Source: a virus. From it: 64,000 nucleotides of DNA. Both the position numbers and the translations under genes were made by a program. Below, in pieces: positions 1 to 7,923 of the stretch. The stretch is taken from positions 34,767 to 98,766 of IMG/VR virus record IMGVR_UViG_3300007735_000795. The stretch is one strand, 5' to 3'. The notes below the pieces were generated by a model. The model did no database searches. It was not told the DNA's origin and worked only from the letters and a program-made list of their open reading frames with translations. Each line of letters begins with the position of its first letter. The stretch's first letter is position 1.

Positions 1-174
1 ATCAAATCCTATTTTTTTAGGAACAAATTTCAAATAACCTGGTTTATCAGGATCCTTAACTGCTTTTCTAGGATAGAAGTATGGTGTTCCTATTTTAGTT
101 TTACCAACATACCATTTTACTTTAAATGGGTTGAATGGTGACCAAAGTGCTTTTACATATTTGAATTTATTCAT
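1..174 (-). CDS. hypothetical protein (5' part; runs off window start)
   Basis: ATG at 174 downstream of a class-1 promoter; open frame MNKFKYVKALWSPF...KKIGFD to window edge (translated by hand). Confidence 0.7.
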   Translation of the reverse strand, partial: MNKFKYVKALWSPFNPFKVKWYVGKTKIGTPYFYPRKAVKDPDKPGYLKFVPKKIGFD

Positions 175-190
175 GTTTTTAATTTATACC

Positions 191-222
191 TAAATATACG
201 AATAAAATTTTGGGAAGCCAAA
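191..222 (-). promoter_or_regulatory. class-1 (early/host-sigma) promoter TTTGG-N17-CGTATATTTA
   Basis: Resembles the Bacteroidota -33 TTTG / -7 TAnnTTTG consensus; the same motif with the same spacing recurs in many intergenic gaps. Confidence 0.75.
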
Positions 223-233
223 TAGAAGGTGAA

Positions 234-806
234 TTACTTTAAATTATAGTATTCTTTTATTTCATCCAATTGTGACGGATCAACCATGAACGATTCCCAA
301 TCATCCTTTGCTATTTCAACATCTTTCACATCAATGTAAAATGTTTTAGGTGTGAATGGAAATGATTTGACATATCCTCTACTGCTGATCATCTTACTTT
401 GGTCTCCTGTTTTATAGTCTTCTTCATTAATCCAACACCTACCTGTCCAACAAACACCATTTTGGTCTCGTTTCACTATAGCATCAATGTAATATGCTTC
501 TCCATCTTCACCATCTTTAAATAAAGCAGAGCAACGTTTGTTTTGATACCAAGGTTTTCCATTGCCTAAGTCTCTTACATCACCCCATTCTTCATCCTTA
601 CCTGTGATTGGTAGTAGTGGTTCATAGTTTGCTAGTTTATGGAATATATTAGCAACTATAGGAGCTGAGTGGCCTGAATGGCCTTGTTTAGCAAATACTT
701 CCATTAGTTGCATTACTGCTTCTCCTATCATTCCTCCATAGAAAGAGTCTTTATCAAAGAAGCCTGCTGTTTGCAGTTCTAGTTTTGCGTGGTCGATTGA
801 GTTCAT
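234..806 (-). CDS. hypothetical phage protein
   Basis: 190 aa ORF, ATGA-coupled to upstream gene. Confidence 0.8.
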   Translation of the reverse strand: MNSIDHAKLELQTAGFFDKDSFYGGMIGEAVMQLMEVFAKQGHSGHSAPIVANIFHKLANYEPLLPITGKDEEWGDVRDLGNGKPWYQNKRCSALFKDGEDGEAYYIDAIVKRDQNGVCWTGRCWINEEDYKTGDQSKMISSRGYVKSFPFTPKTFYIDVKDVEIAKDDWESFMVDPSQLDEIKEYYNLK

Positions 807-1003
807 AGGTAACTTTGTTGAGGTTTATCGTTAGGTGTTTTTAGTGATTCGTGATGAAAAATATGCTTATTTGATTCAATACGTTCTAGATTGTCCAATT
901 GTTTTTTATAAGCATTCAATTCAGCTTCAAGTATTAGTTTTTCTGTTTGTAAATTTTTAATATGTTCTTTACAATCAGCTATTGCTCTTTCTATTTTATT
1001 CAT
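803..1003 (-). CDS. coiled-coil hypothetical protein
   Basis: Likely start MNKIERAIADC at 1003, which avoids overlap with the upstream gene. Confidence 0.65.
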   Translation of the reverse strand: MNKIERAIADCKEHIKNLQTEKLILEAELNAYKKQLDNLERIESNKHIFHHESLKTPNDKPQQSYL

Positions 1004-1007
1004 ATTT

Positions 1008-1223
1008 TTATTTTTTGTATGTTTCGTTGTAGTATTCAGATGCCATATCTTGATACCCAATTAGTCTTGTTGACTCTACTTGGCATCCTACGCCAAAGGC
1101 ATCAATAATCTGCTCACGCTCCATTTCCAAATACATGTCCCAGTTAACCACCATTTTAGTCCCTAATTTTATTTCAGAGTCTATACTTTCTCTTAAAAGT
1201 TGGATTGCTGTTTGTTTACTCAT
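1008..1223 (-). CDS. small hypothetical protein, KQTA/MEREQII family
   Basis: MSKQTAIQLL...MEREQII; shares blocks with 2096..2317. Confidence 0.7.
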   Translation of the reverse strand: MSKQTAIQLLRESIDSEIKLGTKMVVNWDMYLEMEREQIIDAFGVGCQVESTRLIGYQDMASEYYNETYKK

Positions 1224-1389
1224 TATTTTTTTCTTTATTTTCATTTAATTTAATTACTTCATTTACAATTTTTTCAAGTAATTGTAATGTGTATGTTTGG
1301 TTATGGTAAATTAATCCGCGCCCATCATCTGAAGCGTTATTATCTGAAATCTCAATTTCAGTTGTAAAATACTTGACTACTATTTTCAT
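1216..1389 (-). CDS. 57 aa hypothetical protein
   Basis: MKIVVKYFTTEIEISD...; ATG within junction repeat (hand-translated, below ORF-track cutoff). Confidence 0.65.
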   Translation of the reverse strand: MKIVVKYFTTEIEISDNNASDDGRGLIYHNQTYTLQLLEKIVNEVIKLNENKEKNNE

Positions 1390-1559
1390 TGCTCACCTCC
1401 TTCATTTGATTGAATTAAAAAGAAAATCAAACATAAAATAGTTATACACCAACGATGCAACTCAATATCTTCCTTGTATTTGAATTGAGACGCACTATAT
1501 ATACCAATAGTCATTGCTGATACGTAACTTAGAATTTTGAATATTATTTGTTTACTCAT
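1386..1559 (-). CDS. 57 aa small membrane protein
   Basis: MSKQIIFKILSYVSAMTIGIY...WCITILCLIFFLIQSNEGGEQ*; two hydrophobic stretches; ATGA-coupled at both ends. Confidence 0.65.
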   Translation of the reverse strand: MSKQIIFKILSYVSAMTIGIYSASQFKYKEDIELHRWCITILCLIFFLIQSNEGGEQ

Positions 1560-1813
1560 TGCTCACCTCCTTTGATTTTATCTCTCATCCATTTAGCACC
1601 TTGTACAAAACATCTTCTATAATTTTGCACATCTATTGAAAGACCTATATGTTTTTCTTTGGCAAACTTTTCTATCTCTTCATCTGAGATTTCAGGAATA
1701 ATCGGTTTTTCCGATTTTTCTGGTACATGGTCAAGAAAAGTATTGGAGACTTTGGTGTCACTGCTTGTTATGGTTTCCGCGTGTTCATAGCGGCTGAATT
1801 CTTTGTTATTCAT
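1556..1813 (-). CDS. hypothetical protein (EISDEEIEK...GAKWMR...KGGEQ)
   Basis: ORF track 1556..1828; likely start MNNKEF at 1813 (TAATG coupling). Confidence 0.7.
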   Translation of the reverse strand: MNNKEFSRYEHAETITSSDTKVSNTFLDHVPEKSEKPIIPEISDEEIEKFAKEKHIGLSIDVQNYRRCFVQGAKWMRDKIKGGEQ

Positions 1814-1923
1814 TATCTTGTTCTCCAAATATTTAAAATTATTTTAAATCTGAAAAAAGGAGAGTCTTTAAATACCTCTGACTTATCAAAAAGGATATTA
1901 AGAGTTCTTCTTATTTTACTCAT
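1813..1923 (-). CDS. 36 aa hypothetical peptide
   Basis: MSKIRRTLNILFDKSEVF...IWRTR*; coupled at both ends. Confidence 0.5.
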   Translation of the reverse strand: MSKIRRTLNILFDKSEVFKDSPFFRFKIILNIWRTR

Positions 1924-2099
1924 TGCTCACTTCCTTTAATTTCAGTAAATGTTGCTTTTGCCTTGAGGATTCCGTACTTACCCCCAATAATTTCTCTTTG
2001 GTACCTACCGCTAAGAATGTCGTTTTTCAATTCAGCAATTTCTTGCTCTCCCTTTTCATCAACGGTAATAACAAGTTTGATTTCGTACACCTTATTCAT
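1920..2099 (-). CDS. 59 aa hypothetical protein
   Basis: MNKVYEIKLVITVDEKG...KGSEQ*; coupled by junction repeats. Confidence 0.7.
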   Translation of the reverse strand: MNKVYEIKLVITVDEKGEQEIAELKNDILSGRYQREIIGGKYGILKAKATFTEIKGSEQ

Positions 2100-2317
2100 T
2101 GCTCACCTCCTTTGTATGTTAGAATCAAATACTCAGCAGTAAGTCCTGTGGCTCTGCTTTTTTCCACGATTTCAATAATCTGCTCACGCTCCATTGCTTT
2201 CGCTTGTTCAAATAGCTTCTCAACATTATTCAAATAGCTATTTTTATCTAATGGATTAAAATCAATTCCTTTTTTTAGCTGCTCTTGCAACCATTCTACT
2301 GCTGTTTGTTTTTTCAT
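2096..2317 (-). CDS. small hypothetical protein, KQTAVEWL family
   Basis: MKKQTAVEWL...MEREQII...KGGEQ. Confidence 0.75.
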   Translation of the reverse strand: MKKQTAVEWLQEQLKKGIDFNPLDKNSYLNNVEKLFEQAKAMEREQIIEIVEKSRATGLTAEYLILTYKGGEQ

Positions 2318-2577
2318 AGGTCTCCTCTATTGATTTTATAATTATAACCTTTAGTTTCTAAACACTTATTGATCCTATCAACAAAATGCCATTCCGGTTC
2401 TGTATCATGTACCTCTGGGTGTACTGATGCTACTTGAGCAATTTGCTCTGCTACTAATTGTTTTAATTCTTTTTCAGAAACAAATTTGTCTCCAAAAATA
2501 ACATCCTTAATGTTTTGGTAAGCATGAGTACACGCCTCATTACCTTCTTCTGTGAACATTTCAAATTCTACTATCAT
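2314..2577 (-). CDS. hypothetical protein
   Basis: 87 aa ORF, coupled to downstream gene. Confidence 0.7.
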   Translation of the reverse strand: MIVEFEMFTEEGNEACTHAYQNIKDVIFGDKFVSEKELKQLVAEQIAQVASVHPEVHDTEPEWHFVDRINKCLETKGYNYKINRGDL

Positions 2578-2591
2578 AACCTTTATTTGTT

Positions 2592-2870
2592 TTATTTAGT
2601 TTTTGGTGAACATCCTAACATGAAACTAGTCAGGAATGCTTGATGTCTGCGTTTTGGAATTTTGTTTTCTTTTAACACATCTTTAACAATTTGCTCCATT
2701 ACTTCTTGCTCACATTCATATTCTAGAAATGGAATAATTTTTTGTCCAAACTCATTGAGCGGAGCATCTTCTAATAATTGATCAAAATCACCTTTAGGTG
2801 TACTCGCAGCAAATGCTCTACGATACATTTCAGTTAATACATTGTAGTCTTTTCGTTCTTGTTTTGTCAT
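2592..2870 (-). CDS. hypothetical protein
   Basis: 92 aa ORF directly after class-1 promoter. Confidence 0.75.
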   Translation of the reverse strand: MTKQERKDYNVLTEMYRRAFAASTPKGDFDQLLEDAPLNEFGQKIIPFLEYECEQEVMEQIVKDVLKENKIPKRRHQAFLTSFMLGCSPKTK

Positions 2871-2887
2871 AACGTTTTAATTACAGT

Positions 2888-2926
2888 TAAATATACGACA
2901 AAAGACCTGGAAATCCAAGTCTTTTG
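2888..2926 (-). terminator. hairpin terminator overlapping a class-1 promoter
   Basis: CAAAAGACTTGG-ATTT-CCAGGTCTTTTG stem; CTTGG..CGTATATTTA promoter embedded. Confidence 0.65.
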
Positions 2927-2946
2927 CGCAAGAAATTGTAGTTTTT

Positions 2947-3084
2947 TTATTTTGACCAGCCGCAGCCACCATTTTGATGAACATTTGTTCTAGAAATGCT
3001 TCCTGGTCTATACCATGCTGGTTTTTGGGCTACACATGAATAAAACAAAATTGAAATTAAAATAAGTTTAAGTGCTGTTTTCAT
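2947..3084 (-). CDS. 45 aa putative lipoprotein
   Basis: MKTALKLILISILFYS-C-VAQKP...; signal peptide with lipobox-like Cys. Confidence 0.6.
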   Translation of the reverse strand: MKTALKLILISILFYSCVAQKPAWYRPGSISRTNVHQNGGCGWSK

Positions 3085-3806
3085 AATTTATTAATTTTTA
3101 TTTGTTTGTTTTCGTATACTAAATATTGTGGTTGGTTGTCTAATACATCAATAAAGTAATAACGTCCACCAGTTGCTTTACCTTTAGTATCAATTTCATT
3201 TACACTAGTATGACCAACTACTTGAATGTATTGTTTTTTCATTGGGTGTCGTTTTAACACTTTCATTAGACTTCTAGGACGAATCCAAATCGGTGTTTGA
3301 AATGTATCATCACCATAAGGATCACTATGTCCATATCCATTATCTGCAAATTTGAATTTATGTGGTTGAAAATACCATAAGTCATTTATAAATTCAACCA
3401 CGTCTTGTCCATCCCATCCACAATTTTTTAACCATTCAGGACTAACACCAGCATGACTAAATAACAAATCATCATACTGATAAGTCATTTGTAAATGGTG
3501 TCTGTTTGTTTCTAGTATGTTACCAATTTCCAAATAAAGACTATGTTGGAATCCACTATAACGTTCATTACAAATATTCATATAATGAAAGTCATGATTA
3601 CCAATTAGCATTATCACTTCACATTGTGGGTTTTCTAATTTCCAACGTACAATGTTTTTGAAGTTATGGATTTGGTCTATACCTGGAATGTCAAAACTAT
3701 CAAAGTAGTCTCCTACAAATACAACAGTATTTGGTTGTTCTTTTTCTAGAATTTGTTCCCAAACATTACGACCATGAATGTCTCCTATTGCTACTAACTT
3801 ATGCAT
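3081..3806 (-). CDS. calcineurin-like metallophosphoesterase
   Basis: GDIHG, GDYFD, GNHD, SHAG and GHT motifs. Confidence 0.92.
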   Translation of the reverse strand: MHKLVAIGDIHGRNVWEQILEKEQPNTVVFVGDYFDSFDIPGIDQIHNFKNIVRWKLENPQCEVIMLIGNHDFHYMNICNERYSGFQHSLYLEIGNILETNRHHLQMTYQYDDLLFSHAGVSPEWLKNCGWDGQDVVEFINDLWYFQPHKFKFADNGYGHSDPYGDDTFQTPIWIRPRSLMKVLKRHPMKKQYIQVVGHTSVNEIDTKGKATGGRYYFIDVLDNQPQYLVYENKQIKINKL

Positions 3807-4365
3807 AATACCATCTGTTATTATTATACTCTGCTACTGAATTGTATTCAGCCATTTCACTATAAAGTGATTTTACTGTTTGATGAATTTCGTTTAATGG
3901 TTTATTAGTTGCTAATTGTTCACCTAACAAATAAGCAAATAAATTATTTGATTCCGTTACTTGTATTTGATTTGCTTTTACTCTACAGTAACGTGCTTCA
4001 CCAGTTTCACTGATAAACATACCTGAGTATAAACCTTTCAATTTATGATAATTTACAAATCGATCAGCATTACACCACAAGTACAATACATTGTCTTTTT
4101 TTCTTAATGCTTCAACACATCCATCTCCTATAACATAAGATGAACTAAGCATACCTGGTGTATTAAATTCAAACTGTCCTGCTGTAAACAAACCATTTGG
4201 CGAACCATGTCCCATAAGTAAAATACGATCATGCATTCCTATTAGTTGGATGATGGATTGTTTATCTGTTCCACCAGTAATAACTGTTTTATTAGGAATG
4301 TCTTTGTAGATTCGTTTTAAGAAATCTGTTGTTCTGTCTTTTGGATGAATTACCAGTGTTGTCAT
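3799..4365 (-). CDS. hypothetical protein, possible caspase/gingipain-fold cysteine peptidase
   Basis: LLMGHGS...LYLWCNA His/Cys pattern; start set at 4365 because the promoter lies at 4381-4412. Confidence 0.5.
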   Translation of the reverse strand: MTTLVIHPKDRTTDFLKRIYKDIPNKTVITGGTDKQSIIQLIGMHDRILLMGHGSPNGLFTAGQFEFNTPGMLSSSYVIGDGCVEALRKKDNVLYLWCNADRFVNYHKLKGLYSGMFISETGEARYCRVKANQIQVTESNNLFAYLLGEQLATNKPLNEIHQTVKSLYSEMAEYNSVAEYNNNRWYYA

Positions 4366-4380
4366 AACCTTAATTTTGTT

Positions 4381-4412
4381 TGAATATACGAACAAATTTG
4401 TGAACAGCCAAA
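4381..4412 (-). promoter_or_regulatory. class-1 promoter TTTGG-N17-CGTATATTCA
   Basis: Same motif and spacing as 191-222. Confidence 0.75.
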
Positions 4413-4414
4413 TT

Positions 4415-4744
4415 TTAACGCAGAAGTGTTACATTTCCTTTGATTTTCTTTTCAGTTATGGCTGGTTCTGTTTCTAACCATGTTAACAAATACACATATT
4501 TGTCTGATTGAGAATAGTATTCATTTCCACCTAACCATGGTTCGTTTTGGTTTTGTGATTCAAAAACCAATTCACCATAACAATTATAAATTCTAAGATG
4601 ATAACGGCTTAATGTGTCTTGAGACGAAACCATAAACACATCGTTGTGTCCATCACCATTAGGTGAAAATGCATTTGGAACGTATACTTGAGAACAAGTA
4701 GTAAAACTAAGGAATAATAATAAAGAAGTTAAATAACATTTCAT
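4415..4744 (-). CDS. signal peptide + gliding-motility-associated (T9SS type B) C-terminal domain protein
   Basis: VYVPNAFSPNGDGHNDVF...IYNCYGELVFES...W.G...YVY...KGNVTLLR signature. Confidence 0.88.
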   Translation of the reverse strand: MKCYLTSLLLFLSFTTCSQVYVPNAFSPNGDGHNDVFMVSSQDTLSRYHLRIYNCYGELVFESQNQNEPWLGGNEYYSQSDKYVYLLTWLETEPAITEKKIKGNVTLLR

Positions 4745-5184
4745 AAAAAGTAAAATAGAGCTGCTACTCCTAATATAAGTGTTCCTTCACCAATAGCAAT
4801 TCTTCTCCAAATTCTTTTTCGATTGTTTTCTTTTTCCAAATCAACTTGAGACTTTTTTAACAACACAGAACATTCTATGGCTTCATTTTTCCAATCATTG
4901 GCCTTTACTTCTAATTGATTGTATTTTATATTCAATTGATTATAAGAGTCTAATGAATGTATTAAAGCATCAGTACATGCTTCTGAGTACTTAAACATTG
5001 AGTCAAGATTTGACTTGTATATTTCTTTATACTTATAAGTCTTTAGGACTTCGTCCTCCTGTTTTTTGTTTAAGAATATCCCAGTATCCCCCTGGTATAC
5101 TATCCTCACTGGTATTAATTTTTGTCCAAATACTGTCACGTTCAGGATTATTAAGCTTAGGAATATCAATAATTTTTTTAGCAT
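4741..5184 (-). CDS. putative spanin-like component (signal peptide, coiled coil, C-terminal TM helix)
   Basis: Overlaps upstream TM/coiled-coil gene by 152 nt, within the lysis cluster. Confidence 0.5.
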   Translation of the reverse strand: MLKKLLIFLSLIILNVTVFGQKLIPVRIVYQGDTGIFLNKKQEDEVLKTYKYKEIYKSNLDSMFKYSEACTDALIHSLDSYNQLNIKYNQLEVKANDWKNEAIECSVLLKKSQVDLEKENNRKRIWRRIAIGEGTLILGVAALFYFL

Positions 5185-5419
5185 CTTTTTTATTTTGTTT
5201 TACTGTGTTGTCTATTAAAGCCGTTTGTTTATTATTAAAGTCAGTTTGAAGAGCAATATGTGCTTTAGTTAAACTGTCAACTGTGCGTCCTAAACGATCA
5301 ATTGCTCCTGTGTCTTTAACTTCAATTGTAACTGGTGGTTTATTATAAAGCATAACAATAACAACTAACATTGCTATCATAATTAAATAATACCAGTTTT
5401 TTGTAAAAAATGTTTTCAT
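5033..5419 (-). CDS. putative i-spanin (Rz-like)
   Basis: N-terminal TM helix followed by helical periplasmic domain; follows holin-like gene. Confidence 0.55.
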   Translation of the reverse strand: MKTFFTKNWYYLIMIAMLVVIVMLYNKPPVTIEVKDTGAIDRLGRTVDSLTKAHIALQTDFNNKQTALIDNTVKQNKKDAKKIIDIPKLNNPERDSIWTKINTSEDSIPGGYWDILKQKTGGRSPKDL

Positions 5420-5688
5420 TGTCCAGATTCGTTTGTTGTATTAGTAGTATCAGTTGGTGGTGTAGATGGTTTTCTGAATATGTTTTCAAATGTAGTAATA
5501 CCAAGTAAACTACCAGCCAATAAGCAAATTGCTTCAAACATGTATTCAGGTAATTCTATGTCTCTTAATAAAGCAGCATAACAAAAAATAACTATGTTTA
5601 CTAGTATAAAAATACCAGCAACACGTTTTGATGATACACCACTATTACTTGACACTACTTTGTCAATCCAGTATTTTTTAGTTTTCAT
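5416..5688 (-). CDS. putative holin (2 TM)
   Basis: SSKR motif plus two TM helices; between endolysin and spanin candidates. Confidence 0.6.
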   Translation of the reverse strand: MKTKKYWIDKVVSSNSGVSSKRVAGIFILVNIVIFCYAALLRDIELPEYMFEAICLLAGSLLGITTFENIFRKPSTPPTDTTNTTNESGQ

Positions 5689-5689
5689 A

Positions 5690-6235
5690 TTAAAATTCTT
5701 TTAAAAGTGTATATGTAAATTGGTTTAATCCTGATGCTTCACAAGCATTAATTAATGTTTTGAAATTAGTTGGGTTGTTTATTACTTGACAACCAGCAGA
5801 CCATTTATCAACAAATTTACTAATAAAATTTGGATTTGCTCTGTGAATATTAATACCAAAAATACCAGTATCAGTAATTGCTGTTTCTTCAGCAATTGCA
5901 TCCCTGTCTTTGTCTCTAAACACAGTAATTGGTTTGCATTGTACTAATGCTTTGTATTGGTTACGGTGTAATCCTAATTTCCAAGAATTAATGTATTGGC
6001 CTGGTTTTAGTAAAGCAGTGCCTTTAGGATTCATCAAATTTTTTAACCAATGTGTTCCTGGATTAGTTGTTCCTGTAAACCAAGACACATTGGAATTATT
6101 TATTAAACCAATTAAGTCATCAAATTCATTTGGTTTATTAGCATTTGAACGTATTCCAACGATATGAAAACTCGGGAATTGGTACCCGAGTCTATCAAAT
6201 TGGTTTTTTAATTCTAAATAACTGTATAATCGCAT
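5690..6235 (-). CDS. putative endolysin, YkuD/L,D-transpeptidase-like fold
   Basis: GINIHRA-x12-SAGCQV resembles the YkuD H..SxGC motif; first gene of lysis-like operon after a class-2 motif. Confidence 0.6.
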   Translation of the reverse strand: MRLYSYLELKNQFDRLGYQFPSFHIVGIRSNANKPNEFDDLIGLINNSNVSWFTGTTNPGTHWLKNLMNPKGTALLKPGQYINSWKLGLHRNQYKALVQCKPITVFRDKDRDAIAEETAITDTGIFGINIHRANPNFISKFVDKWSAGCQVINNPTNFKTLINACEASGLNQFTYTLLKEF

Positions 6236-6249
6236 AGCCTGTTGTTTGT

Positions 6250-6258
6250 TATAAATAT
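6250..6258 (-). promoter_or_regulatory. class-2 (putative late) promoter motif ATATTTATA
   Basis: Recurs a short distance upstream of lysis, fibre, HNH and cassette genes. Confidence 0.6.
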
Positions 6259-6278
6259 CAACAGGTTATGAAGAATAA

Positions 6279-6611
6279 TCAGTGGATTATTTTGTAAAAT
6301 TTTATTCTAATACGACGCTTGAAACAGTTGAGTTTAGTCCATGTTTTTCTAATAGTAGTTTCATATTCATTACTATGGATATGTTCAAAAGCATTTTTTA
6401 TATATTTTTTTATTCTAGAATGCTTTTTGGCCAATTCAAAAAACTGTCCACCATTAAAACAATTCATATTCCATTTTCCACTTCTCCAAGTTGATAATAA
6501 GGTGTTTTTGTCACCACTATCATCCGTTAACCATACATAAATGGCTTTGTCCCAATTGTCAGCAACGATTTGCAACGAATAGTTGTCTTTAAGTGTAATT
6601 GTGTTTGTCAT
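6279..6611 (-). CDS. hypothetical protein
   Basis: Likely start MTNTITLK at 6611. Confidence 0.65.
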   Translation of the reverse strand: MTNTITLKDNYSLQIVADNWDKAIYVWLTDDSGDKNTLLSTWRSGKWNMNCFNGGQFFELAKKHSRIKKYIKNAFEHIHSNEYETTIRKTWTKLNCFKRRIRIKFYKIIH

Positions 6612-6636
6612 AACTTTTATTTTACGTAAATATAAT

Positions 6637-7191
6637 TTACTTACTTTTATTATCAAAATTTACTACCATTAAAGTGTCCCCAAAGTGTGAACCAGTGTCT
6701 GGTTTTATCCAAAAGTCTAAATAGTTATGTTTCACTGCATTTTTAGCATACTTATTCATGACTGGTTTACCTGTGTTGTATGCTCCAGCGGCTTTACCCC
6801 AATCCTTATAACGTTTATACCATTCCTGTAGCATTTTCATAGAAATTTCTACATTTAATTCTATACTGTCCCTTAACATTGATTTTGGTACTTTGAAACC
6901 AGCATAGTAAGAAGCATATTGAGGCATAATTTGCATTGCTCCTAATGCTCCAGCACTTGACTTTTGTTTATGGTTATAATTTGTGTGATGTGGGCCTAAG
7001 TATCCTGTTTCTATACGAGCAATGTTAAAAGCAACGTGTATAGGAATGTCGTATAATGAGGCATAAGTTGTAATTGATTTGTATAGTCGTTGAGCAGGTG
7101 TTTGTTGTACGGGAACTTCAATTCTGTTTTTGGCGGTGATAATAATTATTAAAATTAGACAAGTGACAAGAAATAATAATAACTTTTTCAT
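6637..7191 (-). CDS. lytic transglycosylase (SLT domain) with N-terminal membrane anchor
   Basis: IETG, SSAGALGAMQIMP, AYN.G motifs. Confidence 0.9.
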   Translation of the reverse strand: MKKLLLFLVTCLILIIIITAKNRIEVPVQQTPAQRLYKSITTYASLYDIPIHVAFNIARIETGYLGPHHTNYNHKQKSSAGALGAMQIMPQYASYYAGFKVPKSMLRDSIELNVEISMKMLQEWYKRYKDWGKAAGAYNTGKPVMNKYAKNAVKHNYLDFWIKPDTGSHFGDTLMVVNFDNKSK

Positions 7192-7207
7192 GGTTTTTAA
7201 TTTTCCA

Positions 7208-7240
7208 TTAATATAATAAAAAAAGGCCCGAAGGCCTAGT
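7208..7240 (-). terminator. intrinsic terminator with cUUCGg tetraloop, overlapping next promoter
   Basis: AGGCC-TTCG-GGCCT-T-run then TATATTAA. Confidence 0.85.
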
Positions 7241-7241
7241 T

Positions 7242-7520
7242 TTATTTATGTAGAGGGGGGGGGGGGGGAATTGCTGATGAAAACACGGATGGATTTGGGT
7301 TATAAGGAATAATTTTATCATTTGTTATTTTAAATTCATTCTTAAACTTCCCTGCATTTACAAATGATTCTTTCCAAGCATTAAATACTGCTTCATTATT
7401 TATCAGTATATATTTATTCTGAACGTCTTCAAAGGTTATTTTAGTTATATCTTTAATTACATTTTCATTTTCAGTTAAATGTTCACGTCTCCATTTGTAT
7501 GTGCTAAAATTGTCTTTCAT
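7242..7520 (-). CDS. hypothetical protein with DNF..LTE leader (putative packaged protein)
   Basis: MKDNFSTYKWRREHLTE; own class-2 motif (7535-7543) and terminator. Confidence 0.7.
   Translation of the reverse strand: MKDNFSTYKWRREHLTENENVIKDITKITFEDVQNKYILINNEAVFNAWKESFVNAGKFKNEFKITNDKIIPYNPNPSVFSSAIPPPPPLHK
7255..7268 (+). repeat. G14 homopolymer
   Basis: 14 consecutive G, encoding poly-Pro at the C-terminus of 7242..7520. Confidence 0.95.
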
Positions 7521-7568
7521 AATTGTTTATTTATTATAAATATATGAAAATAAATTAAATTATCCAAA

Positions 7569-7748
7569 TTAAATTAAACCAGTTTTTAACCATTTATATG
7601 CACAAACCAAAGCATCAGCACGGTTCATAATTAATTCATACCTGGACACCAGTTTTTGAAATTCAACCAGTTTATTACGGGAATGTGCTTCCCACAACAG
7701 TTTTTCTGCTTCAATTTCGTAATTGTAGTTATGTTTAATTTTAATCAT
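7569..7748 (-). CDS. 59 aa hypothetical protein
   Basis: MIKIKHNYNYEIEAEKLLWEAH...; preceded by AAAGGAGGTG. Confidence 0.6.
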   Translation of the reverse strand: MIKIKHNYNYEIEAEKLLWEAHSRNKLVEFQKLVSRYELIMNRADALVCAYKWLKTGLI

Positions 7749-7911
7749 AGCACCTCCTTTTTGGTTTTTTCCAAATTGAAGGTTTAGGACGAGGATTAGC
7801 TGTAACCCAAGTTGTTTTTTTAAGTCTTTTTTTGTCTGCTACTGTGATGCCTTTATACGGCACACAAGACGGTATCAGCAGTAACATAACCATTACTACT
7901 AATTTTTTCAT
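7741..7911 (-). CDS. 56 aa basic putative lipoprotein
   Basis: MKKLVVMVMLLLIPS-C-VPYKG...; hand-translated. Confidence 0.6.
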   Translation of the reverse strand: MKKLVVMVMLLLIPSCVPYKGITVADKKRLKKTTWVTANPRPKPSIWKKPKRRCYD

Positions 7912-7923
7912 TTTAAAGTGTTG

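Larger units (their letters stand above)
1386..2113 (-). repeat. four copies of the gene-junction repeat AAGGAGGTGAGCAATGA
   Basis: Copies at 1386-1402, 1556-1573, 1920-1937 (GGAAGT variant) and 2096-2113; each encodes G-G/S-E-Q-stop overlapping the next ATG. Confidence 0.9.
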
